Assembly (NCBI GenBank): GCA_905215005.1
Contig: CAJMOM010000001.1
Coordinates: 1 to 41,379 of the forward strand
Length of the DNA stretch: 41,379 bases
Direction: 5' to 3'
DNA from: an uncultured bacterium
Lineage (GTDB): Bacteria > Actinomycetota > Coriobacteriia > Coriobacteriales > Coriobacteriaceae
The notes beneath the pieces were generated by a model that was not told the DNA's origin, searched no databases, and saw only the letters and a program-made list of their open reading frames with translations. The translations under genes were made by a program, and so were the position numbers. This document shows positions 37,735 through 41,379 of the stretch, in pieces. Position 1 is the first letter of the stretch. Every line of letters begins with the position of its first letter.

Positions 37735-39975
37735 CTATTTCTTAAACCGTGCACCCTGGCGTTTTCTGCCCGATGCGAACGTGGAACCCTTGCGGGCCTG
37801 CGAGCGTAAGCGCTCGATCGTCTCGTCCTCAGACGCACCCTCGAGCATCGCCCGAATCTGAACGACAGCATCGCGCAGGCGCGCCGCCTCCTCAAAGTCC
37901 ATAGCGGCGGAAGCGTTACGCATATCCTCTTCCATGGTTTCGACGATCCGCACAAGCTCGTCATGCGGCAGTTCTTCCAACTGCTCCGCAAGTGTCTGCT
38001 CGGGCGCCACCGTTTCCGGCACACCGCCCTCGCCCGACTCATCGGGCGTATAGAATGCGCCATGGCCAAGAGAGTCGCCCTTCGAGCGTCCCTTGGAGCC
38101 CACAGTTTTTTCGGCCTCGGCAATAAAACTTGAGATGTCGTTGATGGCCTTGCGCACTGTCTTGGGCACAATGCCATGTTCTTCGTTATATGCCATCTGA
38201 ATCTCGCGACGGCGCTGTGTCTCCTCGATGGCCTCTTTCATCGAATCGGTCACAACGTCTGCATACATGATGACTTCGCCATCGGCGTTACGGGCCGCAC
38301 GGCCAATCGTCTGAATCAGCGAACGACGGTTGCGCAAGAAGCCTTCCTTATCGGCATCGAGAATTGCCACCAGTGAGACCTCGGGAAGATCCAAGCCCTC
38401 GCGAAGCAGGTTGATGCCAACGAGAACATCGATCTTGCCCTCGCGCAGCGTTCGCAGGATCTCGACACGGTCCATTGTCGCCGTATCAGAGTGCATGTAA
38501 TTGACCTTAATGCCCGCATCAAGTAGATGGTCGGTCAGGTCCTCGGCCATGCGCTTGGTCAACGTGGTCACCAGCACGCGCTCCTTGCGGGCAACGCGCT
38601 CGCGAATCTCGTCCTCAAGATCGTCAATCTGGCCGCGAACTGGACGCACGTCAATCTTGGGGTCGAGAAGGCCGGTCGGACGAATAATCTGCTCCACGTC
38701 GTTTTGGCTCACCCGCAGCTCGTAGTCGCCCGGCGTGGCCGAAACATAGATAAACTGGGGTATCCTTGCTTCAAACTCATCGAAACGAAGCGGGCGGTTA
38801 TCGAGCGCCGAGGGCAGGCGAAAACCATGTTCCACCAGCGTCACCTTACGCGAGCGGTCACCTTCGTGCATGCCGCGAATCTGCGGCACCGTCACATGGC
38901 TCTCATCGATGATGCAGAGCATATCCTTGGGAAAGTAATCGATTAGGGTAAACGGCGGCTCACCCGGCTTGCGACCGTCCAGATGACGCGAGTAGTTCTC
39001 GATGCCGTTGCAAAAGCCCATCGTCTCGAGCATCTCAAGATCATAATCGGTACGCTGCTGCAGACGCTGCGCCTCGAGCAACTTGTCGGTCGCCTTGAGC
39101 TCCGCAACGCGCTTCTCGCACTCTTCGCTGATCGATTTCAGAGCCGCCTTGACCTTCGGCTTCTCGGTCACGTAGTGCGATGCCGGCCATACGGGAATGG
39201 CCTCGTACTCACGAAGCATCTCACCGGTGACCTCATCGATCTCGGCAATCAGCTCGACCTCGTCGCCAAAGAACTCAAACCGCAACGGATGCTCGGCATA
39301 AGGCGGATACACGTCAACAACATCGCCGCGCACACGGAACGTGCCACGTGCCAGGTCATAGTCATTGCGATCATATTGAATGTCGATAAGCGCATGGATA
39401 AAGTCATCGCGCTCGAGCGGCACCTTCTTGTCGACGTTTGGAGCCAGACCCGCATAGTCCTCAGGAGAGCCAATGCCATAGATACACGAGACCGATGCGA
39501 CAACGATCACATCACGTCGAGAGAGCAGTGACGCGGTCGCCTGATGACGCAGCATCTCGACCTCTTCGTTAATCGAGGAGTCTTTCTCGATATATGTATC
39601 GCTTTGCGGCACATACGCCTCGGGCTGATAGTAGTCGTAGTACGAGACGAAGTAGACCACAGCGTTATTGGGAAAGAACTCTTTGAGCTCGCTCGCAAGC
39701 TGAGCGGCGAGCGTTTTATTCGGAGCCATGACCAGCGTCGGCTTTCCCAGGGCCTCAATAGTCTTTGCCATCGTGAAGGTCTTGCCCGAACCAGTCACGC
39801 CCAGCAAAACCTGATAGCGGTCTCCGTCCCTCACACCCTGCACAAGCGACTCAATGGCTTTAGGCTGAGAGCCTGCAGGGTCATAGGGAGACACGACCTT
39901 AAACGGCACGTCAGAGCCTTCAACGCCAAAGCGCTTAAGTTCACCACCAACGCGTTCTACTTCAAATTCCGCCAT
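37735..39975 (-). CDS. uvrB: Excinuclease ABC subunit B
   Basis: [46 protein letters not shown]-terminal UVR domain FEEAARLRD. Confidence 0.98.
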   Translation of the reverse strand: MAEFEVERVGGELKRFGVEGSDVPFKVVSPYDPAGSQPKAIESLVQGVRDGDRYQVLLGVTGSGKTFTMAKTIEALGKPTLVMAPNKTLAAQLASELKEFFPNNAVVYFVSYYDYYQPEAYVPQSDTYIEKDSSINEEVEMLRHQATASLLSRRDVIVVASVSCIYGIGSPEDYAGLAPNVDKKVPLERDDFIHALIDIQYDRNDYDLARGTFRVRGDVVDVYPPYAEHPLRFEFFGDEVELIAEIDEVTGEMLREYEAIPVWPASHYVTEKPKVKAALKSISEECEKRVAELKATDKLLEAQRLQQRTDYDLEMLETMGFCNGIENYSRHLDGRKPGEPPFTLIDYFPKDMLCIIDESHVTVPQIRGMHEGDRSRKVTLVEHGFRLPSALDNRPLRFDEFEARIPQFIYVSATPGDYELRVSQNDVEQIIRPTGLLDPKIDVRPVRGQIDDLEDEIRERVARKERVLVTTLTKRMAEDLTDHLLDAGIKVNYMHSDTATMDRVEILRTLREGKIDVLVGINLLREGLDLPEVSLVAILDADKEGFLRNRRSLIQTIGRAARNADGEVIMYADVVTDSMKEAIEETQRRREIQMAYNEEHGIVPKTVRKAINDISSFIAEAEKTVGSKGRSKGDSLGHGAFYTPDESGEGGVPETVAPEQTLAEQLEELPHDELVRIVETMEEDMRNASAAMDFEEAARLRDAVVQIRAMLEGASEDETIERLRSQARKGSTFASGRKRQGARFKK

Positions 39976-40026
39976 GGATACTCCTAACTCATATATCTGC
40001 AGTATACGCAGGCGGCAGGCATAGTC

Positions 40027-40608
40027 CTATACGAACCGATCGGGATAGAGGGTTTTGTAGCGAACCCAGGCATTATTGACACGAATCAGATACGCCTGCG
40101 TCTCGGGAAAGGTGATTGCATTATGAAGCGACGTACTCTGCTGCGCCCATCCGTCGACATTGCCCATGCCGGCGTTATAGGCGGCAATGGCACTGTCAGT
40201 CGACCCGTTAAAATACGCTAGAAGATACGAAAGATACGCACAGCCAAACTCGATATTCGTAGCCGGATCGTTAAGGTTGTCGGCCGAATACTCGCCACCG
40301 TCGACAAGGCCCTTGGCGATCATATCCTGGGCAGTCTCGGGCATCAGCTGCATCAATCCCTGAGCACCCTGATTCGACTCGGCCTCGGGATCCCAATTCG
40401 ATTCAGACTTAATGACAGCGCACACCAGATACGGATCCAGATTATGCGAAATACTGGATTGCTTTACATACGCCTCGTAGTCAATCGGATACAGCGGCTT
40501 AAAGAAAGCGGCAGGAGCATATGAGTAAACGAATGAGATAAGGCCGAAGGCAAAAACGGCAGCCAGCGGTATAAGGCGATACCACGTAAGGAAACGTGTC
40601 TTAGGCAT
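40027..40608 (-). CDS. Membrane-anchored lytic transglycosylase (SLT domain)
   Basis: N-terminal TM, IKSES (catalytic Glu), GAQGLMQLMPETA, AAYNAG, ETQAY. Confidence 0.92.
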   Translation of the reverse strand: MPKTRFLTWYRLIPLAAVFAFGLISFVYSYAPAAFFKPLYPIDYEAYVKQSSISHNLDPYLVCAVIKSESNWDPEAESNQGAQGLMQLMPETAQDMIAKGLVDGGEYSADNLNDPATNIEFGCAYLSYLLAYFNGSTDSAIAAYNAGMGNVDGWAQQSTSLHNAITFPETQAYLIRVNNAWVRYKTLYPDRFV

Positions 40609-41242
40609 CGGCCTCCTCCTTATCCGCTACATCCCCGAACCCATGGCGCGAAAGCCATGCGTCCAGTTGTTCAAAGAGCGAGTTATCGTCTGCCGCATTG
40701 TCAATCACAGTTGTAGCGAGATTGCACAGCGCAGACTCTTCGGGCTGGCAAGCAGAACGGGCATCAAAATCAGATGGCTCCATGCCACGTTGAATAGCGC
40801 GCTCGCGACGAACTGACAAAGGGGCGCTGATGACCAAAATTTCATCAGCCAAGCCAAATGCATCCTCAAAACCAGTCGGAGCAGAAACCTCGACCACCGC
40901 AAAAGGATAACGGGGAGATGAAACCGTACAACAAACCGGATCGAGAATCCTAAGCGAAAGCTGTTCAATCAGAATGGGATGCACGATGTCATTGAGCCGT
41001 GCGACCGAATCAGGAGAAGCGAAAGCTCGAGAAGCGAGGATGCCGCGGCGAATGCCGCCTTCCTCATCCAAAATGTCCCAACCGAATTCATCAGCGAGTG
41101 TATTGACGATATCAGAGCCCGGCACATACAGCGATTTTGCAAGCTCATCCAGATCGATAAGCATAGCGCCACGAGATTCGAAATAGCGGCAGGCAGTTGA
41201 CTTACCCGAAGCAATATTGCCCAAGACAAATACGGTAAACAT
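40601..41242 (-). CDS. coaE: Dephospho-CoA kinase
   Basis: GNIASGKST, DLDELAK, LNDIVHP, IDN; usual position upstream of uvrB. ATG 41242 (alternative TTG 41245). Confidence 0.88.
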   Translation of the reverse strand: MFTVFVLGNIASGKSTACRYFESRGAMLIDLDELAKSLYVPGSDIVNTLADEFGWDILDEEGGIRRGILASRAFASPDSVARLNDIVHPILIEQLSLRILDPVCCTVSSPRYPFAVVEVSAPTGFEDAFGLADEILVISAPLSVRRERAIQRGMEPSDFDARSACQPEESALCNLATTVIDNAADDNSLFEQLDAWLSRHGFGDVADKEEADA

Positions 41243-41379
41243 CAAGCCCTCCCTAACGCCAATGCGAGTAATTATCGCTCAAATACACTAGATGGACTCA
41301 AAATACAGCCAAACAGTAAGAGCGCATACGGGGGAACTAGGTCCCAAAGTACACCGTGTGTACAACGCAAAAAAGGGGG

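Noticed and set aside
39976..40026. SOS box upstream of uvrB
   Set aside because: No GAAC-N4-GTTC-like site seen; uvrB appears to follow coaE-slt directly.
41369..41379. AAAAAAAGGGGG at the window end as a terminator of an upstream gene
   Set aside because: Only one arm is visible; cannot be confirmed within the window.
1..41379. CRISPR arrays, tRNA/rRNA, IS elements, prophage or defence systems
   Set aside because: No regularly spaced repeats, cloverleaf motifs, transposase, integrase or defence-type domains were seen; all long intervals are explained by the genes listed.

Overview
Chromosomal window of a GC-rich Gram-positive anaerobe; protein similarity and gene order suggest Coriobacteriia (Collinsella-like, inferred). 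The minus-strand backbone, in transcription order from the right end, is coaE-slt-uvrB, uvrA, ybaK-murJ-uvrC, rapZ-whiA, gap-pgk-tpiA-gpmI, secG and oppABCDF (oppF runs off the left end). Between uvrA and uvrB is a plus-strand block: an LTA-synthase-family gene, then Mrp/NBP35, an HI0933-family flavoprotein and an FAD oxidoreductase. A ~10.7 kb sialic-acid utilisation cluster sits between uvrC and rapZ: peptide/nickel-type ABC transporter, two CE7-like esterase paralogues, nanA, nanK and nanE. Most notable: (1) the tandem esterase pair, one copy intact and one lacking the catalytic Ser; (2) several large structured elements in the nan leader and intergenic spacers; (3) an altered Cys cluster in UvrC; (4) no yvcK between rapZ and whiA. 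No rRNA, tRNA, CRISPR array or transposase was seen. All calls come from reading motifs by eye; no searches were run.
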